Source of the DNA: an uncultured Alphaproteobacteria bacterium
GTDB lineage: Bacteria; Pseudomonadota; Alphaproteobacteria; Rhodobacterales; Rhodobacteraceae
Length of the DNA stretch: 64,000 nucleotides
Direction: 5' to 3'
Assembly: GCA_963829665.1 (NCBI GenBank)
Contig: CAWHJL010000014.1
Location: 34,981 to 98,980 of the forward strand
Part shown: piece by piece, positions 48,752 to 59,142 of the stretch
Layout of the letters: each line of letters starts with the position of its first letter
Position numbering within the stretch: position 1 is the first letter of the stretch
The notes under the pieces: generated by a model
Told to the model about the DNA's origin: nothing
Databases searched by the model: none
Seen by the model: only the letters and a program-made list of their open reading frames with translations
Program-made: the position numbers and the translations under genes

Positions 48752-49333
48752 TCACGGCCCGTCCCCGGGCGGGCCGTCCGGGAGCGGCGCCGCGAGCGCT
48801 GCCGTGACCTCCTCGCCGAGGACCTCCACCGGCCGGTCGGACACCAGCCGCAGGACAGGAACGTCGAGACAGGCGAGCCATGCCTCCTGTCCTCCGCGCG
48901 AGCGACCGGTGAACCGCGGATCCTCGTAGCCGGCCGCCCAGCGCAGGAAGGTCGCATGGTTGCGCGCCATGTCGCCCCCGGCCCGTATCCGATCACCGAA
49001 ACAGGCACCTTCACGCCGGCGCAACCTGGCGAGCCGCGCCGGTGTGCCGAGGCTCAACAGGACCGCCAGATCCGCGCCTTCGATCACCCTGTCGCCCCAG
49101 GAGACCAGCGAGCCGGAGATCACCCACCCTCCGGTGCCGCGCGACGCGCCCATCATCTCGATGCGGTCGCGCACCGGCCGTTTCGACGTGTAGGGCGGAT
49201 CGGTCGGCAGCCAGTAGAAGTCGTCGGTATCGAGATGGGGCACGCCGAGACGGTCGGCGAGGTGGCGGCCGAGGGTCGTCGTGCCGGTTCCCGCCGCGCC
49301 GGTCAGGTGCAGGCGCGGTTCAGACCGGATCAT
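48752..49333 (-). CDS. P-loop NTPase, adenylate-kinase/topology-modulation-like
   Basis: Walker A GAAGTGTTTLG near the N-terminus, then LDTDDFYW. Confidence 0.7.
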   Translation of the reverse strand: MIRSEPRLHLTGAAGTGTTTLGRHLADRLGVPHLDTDDFYWLPTDPPYTSKRPVRDRIEMMGASRGTGGWVISGSLVSWGDRVIEGADLAVLLSLGTPARLARLRRREGACFGDRIRAGGDMARNHATFLRWAAGYEDPRFTGRSRGGQEAWLACLDVPVLRLVSDRPVEVLGEEVTAALAAPLPDGPPGDGP

Positions 49334-50228
49334 GGTGCACGATCACGTCGATATGGGGGTGCCGCGCCTCGAGCGCGTGGCGCAGATCCTCGCCGATCTC
49401 GTGGGCGTCGCGGAGACTCAATTCGCCGTCGATCTCGAGGTGGATGTTGACGAAGACGTGGCTGCCAGCCGTCCGCGTCCGGAGGTCGTGATGGCCCGCG
49501 ACGCCTGGCGTGCTGTCGGCCAGCGTCGCGATCGATTGCACGAGGTCGGCCGGGGCCGCCCGGTCCATCAGCGCGTTCCAGGCCCCGAAGCCGATCCTGA
49601 AAGCGCCGACGGCGAGCATCGCCGAGGCGCCGAGGGCAATGACGCTGTCGAGCGCGGTCAGACCGAAGACGCGGGACGCCCCGAGCGCCGCGATGGCGCC
49701 GAGATTCGGCACCAGGTCGCCGATATAGTGAAGCCGATCCGCCTGCACCACGCGGTTGCCGGTGCGCCGGGCGACCCGGGTCTGGAAAGCGACGAGGCCG
49801 ATCGTCAGAACGATGGCAAGGACCATCACGGCGATCCCCGCCGCCTCGCCGGTCATGTCGGCCTCGGATCCGAACCGGGCGATCGAGGCCCAGGCGATCG
49901 CCGATGCGGAGACGAGGATGAAGGCCGATTGCCCGAGCGCGGACAGGTCCTCGGCGGAGGAATGGCCGAAGGCGTGGTCGTCGTCCGGCGGGCGCTGGGA
50001 ATAGCGGATCGCGGCAAGTCCGCCGAGCGACATCATCAGGTCCATCGCGGAATCCGCGAGCGAGGCCGCGACCGAGAGCGCGCCGGTCACGCCGAACGCC
50101 CAGAGCTTCGCGACCACCAGCACCAGCGCCACCGTGACGGAGGCGATCTGGACGCGCAGGTTGTCTCTGTTCGCGGGCGTCACGTTGGGCCGGTCCGGTT
50201 GTCGAGCCGCGGGGAAGGGGGATCGCAT
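49320..50228 (-). CDS. cation diffusion facilitator transporter (FieF/MamB-like)
   Basis: SLADSAMDL and HYIGDLVPN motifs, six TM segments, and a C-terminal cytoplasmic domain ending HPHIDVIVHHDP. Confidence 0.85.
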   Translation of the reverse strand: MRSPFPAARQPDRPNVTPANRDNLRVQIASVTVALVLVVAKLWAFGVTGALSVAASLADSAMDLMMSLGGLAAIRYSQRPPDDDHAFGHSSAEDLSALGQSAFILVSASAIAWASIARFGSEADMTGEAAGIAVMVLAIVLTIGLVAFQTRVARRTGNRVVQADRLHYIGDLVPNLGAIAALGASRVFGLTALDSVIALGASAMLAVGAFRIGFGAWNALMDRAAPADLVQSIATLADSTPGVAGHHDLRTRTAGSHVFVNIHLEIDGELSLRDAHEIGEDLRHALEARHPHIDVIVHHDPV

Positions 50229-50343
50229 CTCTTACCGGGCCGCCTCGATCCCGGCAAGTCCCGGCGGCGCCCTCTCCCCGCAGCGCCCTTGCTGGCCGCG
50301 CGCGATTTCTTCATGTCTGTCACGGCACAGGGAGGACATTGCG

Positions 50344-52227
50344 ATGGGATATGCCGAGGTCTATGCGGCGTGGAAGGCCGACCCCGCCGGCTGGTGGCTC
50401 GAAGAGGCGAAGCGCATCCACTGGGACCGCTTCCCCGGGACGGCGCTTGCCGAGGACGGCTTCGCCTGGTTTCCCGACGGGCTCACGAATACCTGCTACA
50501 ACGCCGTCGACCGGCATGTCGAGGACGGACGCGGAGACCAGACGGCGATCATCTGGGACAGCCCCGTCACGAGCACGAAGGAAAGGATCAGCTTCGCCGA
50601 GCTGAAGGACCGGTGCGCCCGGCTCGCCGGGGCGCTTCGCGCCCGCGGGATCGAGAAGGGCGACCGGGTGGTCATCTACATGCCGATGGTGCCCGAGGCG
50701 CTCGTGGCGATGCTGGCCTGCACCCGGATCGGGGCGATCCATTCGGTGGTCTTCGGAGGTTTCGCCGCGAACGAGCTCGCCACCCGGATCGACGACGCGA
50801 GGCCGAAGGCGGTGATCGCCGGGTCCTGCGGGATCGAGCCCGGCCGCACCGTGGCCTACAAGCCGCTTCTCGACGCCGCCATAGATCGCGCCGCCCACAA
50901 GCCCCTGACCTGCATCATCCTGCAACGCCCCGCCTGCGAGGCCGAGCTGGTGGCGGGTCGCGACCTCGACTGGCACGCCGCCCAAGAAGGCGTGGCGCCC
51001 GCCGACTGCGTTCCGGTGGAGGGCGACCATCCCTGCTACATTCTCTACACCTCCGGCACGACCGGCCAGCCGAAGGGCGTCGTGCGACCCACGGGCGGCC
51101 ATCTGGTGGCGCTGAACTGGACGATGAAGGCGATCTACAACGTCGAACCGGGAGAGGTCTTCTGGGCGGCCTCCGATGTCGGCTGGGTCGTCGGCCACAG
51201 CTACATCTGCTACGCACCGCTGATTCACGGCAACACGACGATCCTGTTCGAGGGCAAGCCGGTGGGGACGCCGGACGCCGGCAGCTTCTGGCGGGTGATC
51301 GACGAATACGACGTCAAGTGCTTCTTCACCGCACCCACCGCGTTCCGCGCGATCCGGAAGGAGGACCCGAAGGCCGAACACCTGAAACGATACGATATCT
51401 CCGGCCTGCGCGCGCTCTATCTCGCCGGCGAGCGCGCCGACCCGGACACGATCACCTGGGCGCGGCAGCGTCTCGGTGTGCCGGTCTACGACCATTGGTG
51501 GCAGACCGAGACCGGCTACACCATCGTCGGCAATCCGGTAGGGATCGAACCGCTGCCGGTGAAGATCGGCTCGCCGACGGTCGCGATGCCCGGCTACGAG
51601 GTGCATATCCTCGACGAGGAGGGCTCCGAGACGCCCCGCGGCGACCTCGGCTCCATCGCCCTGAAGCTCCCGCTGCCGCCCGGCTGTCTGCCGACCCTCT
51701 GGAACGCCCATGACCGGTTCCGGGCGTCCTATCTCGACCGCTTCCCCGGATACTACAATACCGGCGACGCCGGCATGATGGACGAGGACGGCTATCTCTG
51801 GATCATGTCCCGCACCGACGACGTGATCAACGTCGCCGGCCATCGTCTCTCCACCGGGTTGATGGAGGAGGTCCTCGCCGCGCATCCCGATGTCGCCGAA
51901 TGCGCGGTGGTGGGGGTGAGGGACGAGCTCAAGGGGCAGCTCCCGATGGGTTTCGTGACGCTGCAGAAGGGCACCGAGAAGTCCGACGGGCAGATCGCGG
52001 AGGAATGCATCGCCCTCGTCCGGGAGCAGATCGGCCCCGTCGCCGCCTTCAAGCTCGTCACGGTGGTGGACCGTCTTCCGAAGACGCGCTCGGGCAAGAT
52101 CCTGCGCCGCAGCATGGCGCAGATCGCCGATGGCGAGGGGGCGAAGGTGCCGGCGACCATCGACGATCCGGCGATCCTCGACGAGATCGGCGATCGGGTG
52201 CGGCAGCTCGGCTACCCGAAGGCCTGA
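50344..52227 (+). CDS. prpE: propionate--CoA ligase / acyl-CoA synthetase (Acs/PrpE family)
   Basis: GGGAGGA RBS. AMP-binding motif YTSGTTGQPKGV, then YWQTETG, and PKTRSGKILRR. Confidence 0.85.
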   Translation: MGYAEVYAAWKADPAGWWLEEAKRIHWDRFPGTALAEDGFAWFPDGLTNTCYNAVDRHVEDGRGDQTAIIWDSPVTSTKERISFAELKDRCARLAGALRARGIEKGDRVVIYMPMVPEALVAMLACTRIGAIHSVVFGGFAANELATRIDDARPKAVIAGSCGIEPGRTVAYKPLLDAAIDRAAHKPLTCIILQRPACEAELVAGRDLDWHAAQEGVAPADCVPVEGDHPCYILYTSGTTGQPKGVVRPTGGHLVALNWTMKAIYNVEPGEVFWAASDVGWVVGHSYICYAPLIHGNTTILFEGKPVGTPDAGSFWRVIDEYDVKCFFTAPTAFRAIRKEDPKAEHLKRYDISGLRALYLAGERADPDTITWARQRLGVPVYDHWWQTETGYTIVGNPVGIEPLPVKIGSPTVAMPGYEVHILDEEGSETPRGDLGSIALKLPLPPGCLPTLWNAHDRFRASYLDRFPGYYNTGDAGMMDEDGYLWIMSRTDDVINVAGHRLSTGLMEEVLAAHPDVAECAVVGVRDELKGQLPMGFVTLQKGTEKSDGQIAEECIALVREQIGPVAAFKLVTVVDRLPKTRSGKILRRSMAQIADGEGAKVPATIDDPAILDEIGDRVRQLGYPKA

Positions 52228-52230
52228 GCC

Positions 52231-52992
52231 TCAGCGGCAATAGGTGCTGGATCGGTACCGCGCGGTGTCGAGGTGGAAGTGATCCCGGTGGTGGCGGTCG
52301 GAGTCGGGTCCGAGCACGGTCTTGAACGGGCCGCAGGCGGCGTCGTGGAACCGCTTCAGGAGCCGCCTGTCCTTCCGGTTGCGCCATCCCTCCAGCACGG
52401 AGATCTCGGCTTCATCCGCAAGCTGGAACGCGGCGATGTCGATCGCGTGTCCCTTGCCGTGCTCGGAGATCTTGGCACCACGCCTGTTGTTTCGGGGGCG
52501 GCAATCGTAGTGTGCGACCACGCGCAATCCCGAGACGCCGCCGCCCCGGTCTGCGAGGATCGGATCGACCGTCCCTCTGACCCAGGAGGAGAGCGCCCGC
52601 GCCGTTCCGCAATCGATCGTGGCCGGCTGGCTGAGCTTTACGCCGTCGATCCGGCTCAGTCGGACCGGATGCGCGACCCCGCAGGCGTCGATACGGCCCT
52701 CGATTTCAGGCAGCGGCGCGCCCGCAAGTCCGGGATCGCCGCAGAGCGCCCCCGCGGGCGAACCGCTCCGCGGCCGCGCCCGGGCGCCGGGCGTCCGGGC
52801 GATCGCCGGACGGATCGCGGGTCGCGGGCTCGCCAGAAGGCCGAACGACAGCGGCGGTCCCGGCAGCCTCGCGAATGCGGGCGCGGCGACGAGCCGGGGT
52901 TCGGGCCGGCCGGATTGCACCGGCGCGGCCATGGCCTGCACCGGCCAGAGGAGGAGCATCGCCGCGAGGCCGACGCGCCCCAGGCCTGTCAT
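52231..52992 (-). CDS. secreted extensin-like C-terminal domain protein
   Basis: Signal peptide. [10 protein letters not shown]...IDCGTARAL...[14 protein letters not shown]...[23 protein letters not shown]. Confidence 0.75.
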   Translation of the reverse strand: MTGLGRVGLAAMLLLWPVQAMAAPVQSGRPEPRLVAAPAFARLPGPPLSFGLLASPRPAIRPAIARTPGARARPRSGSPAGALCGDPGLAGAPLPEIEGRIDACGVAHPVRLSRIDGVKLSQPATIDCGTARALSSWVRGTVDPILADRGGGVSGLRVVAHYDCRPRNNRRGAKISEHGKGHAIDIAAFQLADEAEISVLEGWRNRKDRRLLKRFHDAACGPFKTVLGPDSDRHHRDHFHLDTARYRSSTYCR

Positions 52993-54077
52993 CCCTCGCG
53001 TCCCTTGAACTCCGCGACCGCCTCCTCGACCCGCCGGCAGGCCGTCTCGTCGCCGACGGTGATCCGCAGGCAGTTCGGCAGCTTGTAGCCGCCGACCCGC
53101 CGCACGATGATCCCGCGCCTGCGCAGATGCGCGTCGCAGGCAGCGGCCTCCTCCTCGCTGCCGAACCGCGCCAGGACGAAGTTCGCGGTCGAGGTGTCCG
53201 ATGGCACGCCCGCCTCCGCCAGCCGCTCCGCCAGCCAGGATCTGAGCCTCGCATTCTCCGCCCGGCTCCGGCGCACATATTCCCGGTCGCGGATGGCGGC
53301 CCCGGCGCCGGCCAGCTGGAGCGTTCCGAGATTGAACGGCCCCCGAACCCGGTTCATCACGTCGATCACGTGATCTGGCGCGTAGGCCCAGCCGACCCTG
53401 AGCCCGCCGAGACCGTATATCTTCGAGAAGGTCCGCGTCATCACCACGTTCTTACGCGCCTCCACCAGTCCCGCGCCCCCGTCGAACCCCTCCACGTAAT
53501 CCGCGTAGGCGCCATCCAGGACAAGCAGCGTGCCGGGGGGAAGTTCCGCCGCCAGCCGGCCGACCTCGTTGGCGCCGATCATCGTGCCGGTCGGGTTCGC
53601 GGGATTGGCGATGAAGACCAGCCGTGTCCGGGGGCTCACAGCCGAGAGGATGGAATCCACGTCGACCCGGCGCTCGCGTTCGGCCACCTCCACCGGCTCC
53701 GCGCCCGCCGACAGCGCCGAGAGCCGGTACATCGAGAAGCCGTGCTCGGTATGGATGACCTCCGTGCCCGGACCCGAATAGGCAACGCAGAGCAGGTTGA
53801 TCAGCTCGTCCGATCCCGCTCCGCAGACGATCCGCGCCGCGTCGAGACCGTGCGTCTCGGCGATCGCCTCGTGCAACGCGGTGTGGTCGCTCGGCGGATA
53901 GAGATGGAGCAGGGGCGCGGCATCCCGCAGCGCCGCGATGGCGCTTTCCGGCGGACCGGCCGGGTTCTCGTTCGACGACAGCTTCACCACCTCCGCCACG
54001 CCGTCCAGACGGCTCTCGCCGCCCTGATAGGGCGCGATCCGGAGGATGCCTGGCTTCGGTTCGATCGCGTGGGTCAT
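52989..54077 (-). CDS. hisC: histidinol-phosphate aminotransferase
   Basis: [14 protein letters not shown], and [14 protein letters not shown] with the PLP lysine. Confidence 0.9.
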   Translation of the reverse strand: MTHAIEPKPGILRIAPYQGGESRLDGVAEVVKLSSNENPAGPPESAIAALRDAAPLLHLYPPSDHTALHEAIAETHGLDAARIVCGAGSDELINLLCVAYSGPGTEVIHTEHGFSMYRLSALSAGAEPVEVAERERRVDVDSILSAVSPRTRLVFIANPANPTGTMIGANEVGRLAAELPPGTLLVLDGAYADYVEGFDGGAGLVEARKNVVMTRTFSKIYGLGGLRVGWAYAPDHVIDVMNRVRGPFNLGTLQLAGAGAAIRDREYVRRSRAENARLRSWLAERLAEAGVPSDTSTANFVLARFGSEEEAAACDAHLRRRGIIVRRVGGYKLPNCLRITVGDETACRRVEEAVAEFKGREG

Positions 54078-54203
54078 CGGTGTCTCCTGCTCTCGCCCGT
54101 CTCTAGACGCGCGCTGGGCGAGGAACCAGCCCGCGTCGCCGCCCGGCCGAGGCAGCGATGCGGTCGCCCGTTCCGATCGTCGCGGCGGCCGCTCGGGGCG
54201 AAG

Positions 54204-56183
54204 CTACTCGGCCGGCTGCTGGCGCGCGCCGGGAGCCTCGGCATCCGAGGATTCGATGATCGGCGTCCCGATCGCCATGAGGATGCCGTAGAGCGCCGCG
54301 ATGCCGATCGGCAAGGTCAGATACCACGGCACGCCGTAACCCGTCGGGATCAGGCCGACGACGAGCGCCACCCCCCCGACGGTCATCGCATAGGGGATCT
54401 GGGTTCGGACATGGTCGATATGGTTCGACCCCGACGCCACCGAGGATATTATCGTGGTGTCCGAGATCGGCGAGCAATGGTCGCCCCAGACGCTGCCGGC
54501 AAGGATCGTGCCGATCGTGGCATAGAGGATGTATCCCGAATCCTCCATGCCGAGCCCGGCATTCTGCATCAGCGCCCAGATGAGCGGCACCGCCAGCGGC
54601 ATCAGGATGCCCATCGTGCCCCAGCTCGTGCCCACCGCGAAGGACACCGCCGCCGACAGGACGAACAGGATGGCCGGCAGCCAGGCCGGCGGGATCGCGT
54701 CGCCCAGCACCGAGACGAGGTAGTTCGCCGTGTGCAGATCCTCCGCGATCGCCGCGAGCGACCAGGCCAGCGTGAGGATGATCATGACGAACAGGACCGA
54801 GCGCAGCCCGTTGAACCAGGCCGTCATGGTCTCCTTCAACGTAAGGAGCCCTTGGCCGATGGACTGGGCCGCGGCGAGGATCACCGAGACGAGCGCCGCC
54901 CAGACGAGTGCCGTGTTGCCGTCGGCAGAGCCCATGATGGCCCGGAGCGAGTCGCCTTCGCCGGTGACGTAGAGACCGGCCGCGACCATCACGATGAGAA
55001 GGCCGATCGGCAGGATGGCGTTGATCGAACGGCGGGTCACCCCCTCCTTCAGGGTCAGCTCGTCGCCGCCCTCTTCTTCGGCGTTCTCGTCCTCGATCTG
55101 GTCGCGTGTGACGGCGCCGGTCTCGAGCGCGCGCTTCTCGGCTTTCGCCATCGGCCCGAAATCGCGCCCGGTCCAGCCGACGAGAATCACCATGGCAAGG
55201 GCGAAGATCGGGTAGAAGTTGTAGGGCAGGGCGGAGAGGAAGATCGAATAGGCGCTCTCGCTGTGGGAGATGTCGCCCATCGATTCCTGGATCAGCCCGA
55301 GCTGGTAGCCGATCCATGTCGAGATGATCGCGATGGAGGCGAGCGGCGCGGCCGTCGAATCGACGATATAGGCGAGCTTCTCCCTGCTGATCCGCATCTT
55401 GTCGGTGACCGGGCGCATCGTGTTGCCGACGATGAGCGAGTTCGCGTAGGTCGAGAAGAAGATCGCGAAGCCCAGGCCGCAGGAGCCGAGCTGCGTCCGG
55501 CGCCGGGTCTTGGCGATCGAGGCGATCCTGTCGGCGATGGCATGGGCGCCGCCGTTCCGATAGATGATGCCGATCATGCCGCCCATCATCAGCGTGAAGA
55601 TGACGATCTGCATGTGGCTCTTCGAGCCGTCCGGCGGCACCAGCGCCTCGAGGACGTAGATCTGGATCGTGTCGAGCAGGCCGAACCAGATGCCCGGGAC
55701 CGAGAGGCCGTAGGTGAACCACGACCCGATCGCGATGCCCAGAAAGAGCGCCGGAACGACCTGCCGCGTGGCCAGTGCGATGCCGATTGCGAGAAGCGCC
55801 GGCAGAACGGAGAGCCATCCGGGCATGGTGTTCGAGGCGGCCTCGGCAAGGGTCTCGTCGCCGCGCGACAGCACCATGTCGAACGCTCCCCCCTCGGAGA
55901 CCGTGATGTCGCTGACCGTCGCCTCGACGGTGACTCCCTCCTCGACCGGCTCGAAGGCCTCCGGGGCGATCTCCTTGCGGGTTCCGGCCACGGTCAGGGC
56001 GAGCGGACCATCCGGCACCTCGGAGGCGGTCACGGTCTGTTCGAACGGAATGCCGGTGAGCACGACCCGCGGCGGTTCGAGAGCGAAATCCTGCGCCTTC
56101 TGCGCCTGCGCCTGCGCCGGCAGCGCGACGGCGCAGATGCTGAACACGGCCGCCAGCATAAGCCTCTGAAGTTGAATGATCAT
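54204..56183 (-). CDS. NhaC-family Na+/H+ antiporter with an N-terminal secreted extension of about 115 aa
   Basis: Signal peptide MIIQLQRLMLAAVFSICAVALPAQA, then a non-membrane segment, then the NhaC-like core (LSVLPALLAIGIALATRQ ... YANSLIVGNTMRP ... DHCSPISDTTI). Confidence 0.85.
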   Translation of the reverse strand: MIIQLQRLMLAAVFSICAVALPAQAQAQKAQDFALEPPRVVLTGIPFEQTVTASEVPDGPLALTVAGTRKEIAPEAFEPVEEGVTVEATVSDITVSEGGAFDMVLSRGDETLAEAASNTMPGWLSVLPALLAIGIALATRQVVPALFLGIAIGSWFTYGLSVPGIWFGLLDTIQIYVLEALVPPDGSKSHMQIVIFTLMMGGMIGIIYRNGGAHAIADRIASIAKTRRRTQLGSCGLGFAIFFSTYANSLIVGNTMRPVTDKMRISREKLAYIVDSTAAPLASIAIISTWIGYQLGLIQESMGDISHSESAYSIFLSALPYNFYPIFALAMVILVGWTGRDFGPMAKAEKRALETGAVTRDQIEDENAEEEGGDELTLKEGVTRRSINAILPIGLLIVMVAAGLYVTGEGDSLRAIMGSADGNTALVWAALVSVILAAAQSIGQGLLTLKETMTAWFNGLRSVLFVMIILTLAWSLAAIAEDLHTANYLVSVLGDAIPPAWLPAILFVLSAAVSFAVGTSWGTMGILMPLAVPLIWALMQNAGLGMEDSGYILYATIGTILAGSVWGDHCSPISDTTIISSVASGSNHIDHVRTQIPYAMTVGGVALVVGLIPTGYGVPWYLTLPIGIAALYGILMAIGTPIIESSDAEAPGARQQPAE

Positions 56184-56287
56184 GAAGATACCCGCCCTGT
56201 GAACCGACCGCCACGACCGCCTCGCGAACCCGTGACCAGCTGAATTGACGTTAGGTCGGGGCCCCGCCGCGCCAAGAGTCGCGCACG

Positions 56288-56315
56288 AAAAAGGGCCGCC
56301 CGCAGGGGACGGCCC
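56288..56315 (-). terminator. rho-independent terminator of rpsD
   Basis: On the minus strand: GGGCCG-tcccctgcggg-CGGCCC followed by TTTTT, 24 bp after the rpsD stop. Confidence 0.7.
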
Positions 56316-56338
56316 TCGCTCTGCCCGATTTCCGGGTG

Positions 56339-56959
56339 CTAGTTCTGCGCGTAGTACTCGATGACGAGATTGGGTTCCATCTGGACGGGGTAGGGCACGT
56401 CGCCGAGCGCCGGGGTCCGGACGAAGGTGGCGCTCATCTTGGAATGGTCCGCGTCGAGATAATCCGGCACATCGCGCTCGGGCAGTTGGACGGCCTCGAG
56501 CACCTGCACGAGCTGCTTCGACTTCTGCCGAACCTCGATCACGTCGCCCTCCTTGACCTGGTAGGAGGGGATGTTCACCCGCTTGCCGTTCACCATGACG
56601 TGGCCGTGATTGACGAATTGCCGCGCCGCGAAGACGGTGGGCACGAACTTCGCGCGATAGACCACGGCGTCGAGCCGTTGCTCGAGAAGGCCGATCAGGA
56701 TCTCGCCGGTATCACCGCGGCGGCGTTCGGCCTCGGCGAAGATACGGCGGAACTGCTTCTCGGTCAGGTCGCCGTAATATCCCTTGAGCTTCTGCTTGGC
56801 GCGGAGCTGCAGGCCGAAATCGGACATCTTGCCCTTGCGGCGCTGGCCGTGCTGGCCGGGGCCGTATTCGCGGCGGTTGACGGGGCTCTTCGGGCGCCCC
56901 CAGATGTTCTCGCCCATGCGGCGGTCGATCTTGTACTTGGCAGAGGTGCGTTTGGTCAC
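56339..56959 (-). CDS. rpsD: 30S ribosomal protein S4
   Basis: GTG start with a [29 protein letters not shown]...[12 protein letters not shown]...S4 domain. Confidence 0.97.
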   Translation of the reverse strand: MTKRTSAKYKIDRRMGENIWGRPKSPVNRREYGPGQHGQRRKGKMSDFGLQLRAKQKLKGYYGDLTEKQFRRIFAEAERRRGDTGEILIGLLEQRLDAVVYRAKFVPTVFAARQFVNHGHVMVNGKRVNIPSYQVKEGDVIEVRQKSKQLVQVLEAVQLPERDVPDYLDADHSKMSATFVRTPALGDVPYPVQMEPNLVIEYYAQN

Positions 56960-57070
56960 CGTCTGGTCTCCTTCGCTTGCGGAAGGGCGTTGTCCTTTGC
57001 CCCCGGGGCTCGCTCCCCGGCGGCCGACAGGCTTCCCCTTGCGGGGGCCGCCAACACCAATGGAGCGCGC

Positions 57071-57098
57071 CTTATATGCGGCGCGCGAGCGCTGTCAA
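57071..57098 (-). promoter_or_regulatory. sigma-70 promoter of rpsD (TTGACA-N16-TATAAG)
   Basis: Reverse complement of cttatatgcggcgcgcgagcgctgtcaa. It predicts a structured leader of about 105 nt. Confidence 0.6.
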
Positions 57099-57208
57099 CA
57101 GCGCGGGTGGGTCCGGCCCGGGCGGGAGCGAGGCCCGTTCCTCCGTCCACCGGGTTGGCGACCGGAGCGTGGGGCGCTAGAGGTGACCCGTTCGATGGAG
57201 ACGCCCGG

Positions 57209-58066
57209 ATGCAGATCTGCCGCACCAAGGAGGAAATGCGGGGCGCGCGCGCGACGCTCGGCGCCGAGGGCGCCCGGATCGGCCTCGTGCCGACGATGGG
57301 CTCCCTGCACGCGGGCCATCTCGCCCTGATCCGCCGGGCGATGGAGACCTGCGACAGGGTCGTGGTCTCGATCTTCGTGAATCCCACCCAGTTCGGACCG
57401 GGCGAGGATTTCGACGCCTATCCCCGCGACGCAGACCGCGATCTCGAGCTTCTGCGCGAGGCCGGCGTCGATGCCGTCTTCCTGCCCGACACCGCCACCA
57501 TGTATCCCGACGGGGCCGATACCCATGTCGAGGTCACACGGCTGTCGCGCATCCTTGTCGGCCGGCTGCGCCCCGGCCATTTCCAGGGCGTCGCGACCAT
57601 CGTCGCGAAACTCCTGAACATCGTTCAGCCCCACGCCGCCTTCTTCGGCAGGAAGGACTTCCAGCAGTTCCGCGTCATCGAAGCGCTGGTGCGCGACCTC
57701 GACATCCCCGTCGAGATCGAGGGGGTTGTGATCGTGCGCGAGAGCGACGGTCTTGCCATGTCGTCCCGGAACGTGCGCCTCGCGCCCGCCCACCGTCAGG
57801 CGGCGCCGGCCCTGCACGAGGCGCTGCGCATCGGCGCCGCCGCCATCGAGGACGGCGCCGGCGTGACCGAGGCGGCGGAGCGGGTGCGCGCCCGCCTCGG
57901 CGAGGCGGAGGGTGCGGAGGTCATGTCGGTCGATCTCCGCGACGCGGAGACGCTCCGCCCTCTCCGGGGCGTCGCGCGGTCGCCCGTTGTCCTACTCCTC
58001 GCCGTGCGTTTCGGCGACGTTCTCCTGATCGACAACATGGTCGCGACACCGAAGGAAGCCCGATGA
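57209..58066 (+). CDS. panC: pantoate--beta-alanine ligase
   Basis: [32 protein letters not shown]. Confidence 0.92.
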   Translation: MQICRTKEEMRGARATLGAEGARIGLVPTMGSLHAGHLALIRRAMETCDRVVVSIFVNPTQFGPGEDFDAYPRDADRDLELLREAGVDAVFLPDTATMYPDGADTHVEVTRLSRILVGRLRPGHFQGVATIVAKLLNIVQPHAAFFGRKDFQQFRVIEALVRDLDIPVEIEGVVIVRESDGLAMSSRNVRLAPAHRQAAPALHEALRIGAAAIEDGAGVTEAAERVRARLGEAEGAEVMSVDLRDAETLRPLRGVARSPVVLLLAVRFGDVLLIDNMVATPKEAR

Positions 58067-58872
58067 ACACCGAACCCGCCATCCGCCGCGTCACCGTTCC
58101 GAAGATTGCGGCACGGAAGGGCGGCGACCCGATCGTCTCCCTCACCTCCTACCACGCCCACACAGCCGCCATCGTCGACAAATACGCCGATTTCATCCTT
58201 GTCGGCGACAGCCTCGGCATGGTGATGCACGGGATGGAGACAACCATCGGCGTGCCGCTCGACCTGATGATCATGCATGGCCGCGCAGTGGTGCGCGGCA
58301 CGAAGCGGGCGCTCGTGGTGGTCGACATGCCCTTCGGCAGCTACGAGGAGAGCCCGGGCGTCGCCTTCCGGAACGCCGCCCGCATCATGAAGGAGACCGA
58401 ATGCGGCGCGGTGAAGCTCGAGGGCGGGCGCCGCATGGCCGAGACCATCCGATTCCTGACCGAGCGCGGCGTCCCGGTCATGGCCCATATCGGCCTCACG
58501 CCCCAGTCGAGCCACGTGATGGGCGGCTTCCGCACCCAGGGCCGCGACGAGGAGACCTGGCCGGCCCATATCGAGGACGCGAAGGCCGTCGCCGAGGCGG
58601 GGGCCTTCGCACTCGTCGTCGAGGGCGTGGTCGAGCCGCTGGCGCGCGAGATCACCCGGGCCGTGCCGATCCCCACCATCGGGATCGGCGCCTCGCCGGC
58701 CTGCGACGGCCAGATCCTCGTCCTCGAGGACATGCTCGGCCTCGGCGGCACGCCGCCGAAATTCGTGAAGGTCTATGGCCGGCTCGGGGAGGAGATCGAG
58801 CGCGCCGTGAAGGATTATGCCGACGAGGTGAAGGCACGGACCTTCCCGACGGAGGACCATATCTACCGTTGA
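58063..58872 (+). CDS. panB: 3-methyl-2-oxobutanoate hydroxymethyltransferase
   Basis: ATGA overlap with pan[35 protein letters not shown]. Confidence 0.93.
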   Translation: MNTEPAIRRVTVPKIAARKGGDPIVSLTSYHAHTAAIVDKYADFILVGDSLGMVMHGMETTIGVPLDLMIMHGRAVVRGTKRALVVVDMPFGSYEESPGVAFRNAARIMKETECGAVKLEGGRRMAETIRFLTERGVPVMAHIGLTPQSSHVMGGFRTQGRDEETWPAHIEDAKAVAEAGAFALVVEGVVEPLAREITRAVPIPTIGIGASPACDGQILVLEDMLGLGGTPPKFVKVYGRLGEEIERAVKDYADEVKARTFPTEDHIYR

Positions 58873-58962
58873 GCGGGGTGATTCCCGCTGCAGACCGTTC
58901 GTCGCCTTCCGGCTGACAGAGATCGCATCCGACACGCATCGGTAATCGGCGGGAAACGGAGC

Positions 58963-58989
58963 CGCGGCGCGGCGCCGATCGACGAACGG
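58963..58989. promoter_or_regulatory. perfect inverted repeat CGCCGATCGAC-gaacg-GTCGATCGGCG (11-bp arms) in the panB / PAS-like gene spacer
   Basis: Read directly. It lies about 90 bp after the panB stop and about 155 bp before the next ATG. It could be an operator or an RNA hairpin. Confidence 0.5.
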
Positions 58990-59142
58990 TCGATCGGCGA
59001 GTATCCGCGATCAACCGTCGCCTCACGCGCCCATTGTTTCGAACCATTTCAAAGAATTAACGAATTCTACACCCTCGGCTTGAGAATGGGGGGGTGGCGA
59101 AGGATGAAGTCGGGATAGACATTTCTTTTGTGATTGCTCGAC

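Noticed and set aside
52875-56243. 1122-aa plus-strand ORF
   Set aside because: It is a shadow ORF antisense to hisC and the NhaC antiporter. The product is Arg/Asp/Gly-rich and low-complexity, whereas the sense-strand genes have clear family motifs.
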